Part shown: piece after piece, positions 63,611 through 64,000 of the stretch
Layout of the letters: each line of letters starts with the position of its first letter
Position numbering within the stretch: position 1 is the first letter of the stretch
Origin: Raja brachyura
Taxonomy: Eukaryota
Assembly (NCBI GenBank): GCA_963514005.1
Contig: OY740792.1
Span: 35,960,001-36,024,000 of the forward strand
Length of the DNA stretch: 64,000 nt
Direction: 5' to 3'
The notes under the pieces: generated by a model
What the model saw: only the letters and a program-made list of their open reading frames with translations
Databases searched by the model: none
Told to the model about the DNA's origin: nothing
Translations under genes and position numbers: made by a program

Positions 63611-64000
63611 GAATGATTGGTTCAGCGTTTCAGTCAAGTTTCTATTCACACTTGCACCAATTTCTGATTATTTTTTGACTAACCTGTCTACTAGTTCCAC
63701 TGTTCGCATCCTTGTTCGCATCCAGGGGGAAATCCTTTAGGACCGAGATTAGGAGGACTTTTTTCACACAGTGAGTGGTGGGTCTCTGGAACTCTCTGCT
63801 ACAAAGGGTAGTTGAGGCCAGTTCATTGGCTATATTTAAGAGGGAGTTAGATGTGGCCCTTGTGGCTAAGAGGATCAGAGGGTATGGAGAGAAGGCAGGT
63901 ACGGGATACTGAGTTGGATGATCAGCCATGATCATATTGAATGGTGGTGCAGGCTTGAAGGGCCGAATGGCCTACTCCTGCACCTATTTTCTATGTTTGT

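Overview
This is vertebrate DNA, most likely from a cartilaginous fish and probably a skate or ray. The inference rests on the repeat content: HE1/V-SINE-like SINEs, CR1-clade LINEs, Penelope-like elements and Rex1/Babar-like LINEs. Two spliced host genes lie on the minus strand. The first is the 5' part of TTF2: coding exons 1-6 at 10951->2496, with a CpG-rich promoter at about 10.8-11.25 kb. The second is the 3' part of an EWI-family Ig gene: three V-type Ig exons at 52734->46101 plus an IGSF3-like transmembrane/cytoplasmic exon at 36633->36383. It sits directly upstream of TTF2, where mammals have CD101. There are two DIRS1-type tyrosine-recombinase retrotransposons with both termini present (19217-23890 and 39280-44349), both decayed, with ITR/ICR termini readable base by base. 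The most interesting signal is a ~135-bp TSD-flanked retroposon in two copies (38045-38182, 57979-58112). Its first 54 nt fold as a minimal HDV-like self-cleaving ribozyme, and the predicted cleavage site coincides with the element's 5' boundary. Other highlights are a perfect 102-bp inverted duplication inside one DIRS RT, putative spliced leaders in the DIRS elements, target/circle-junction core homology at both DIRS insertions, and hammerhead-like cores in Penelope terminal repeats. Most short ORFs in the track are repeat-derived. No CRISPR array, rRNA or true tRNA gene was seen. All alignments and folds were done by eye; no databases were searched.
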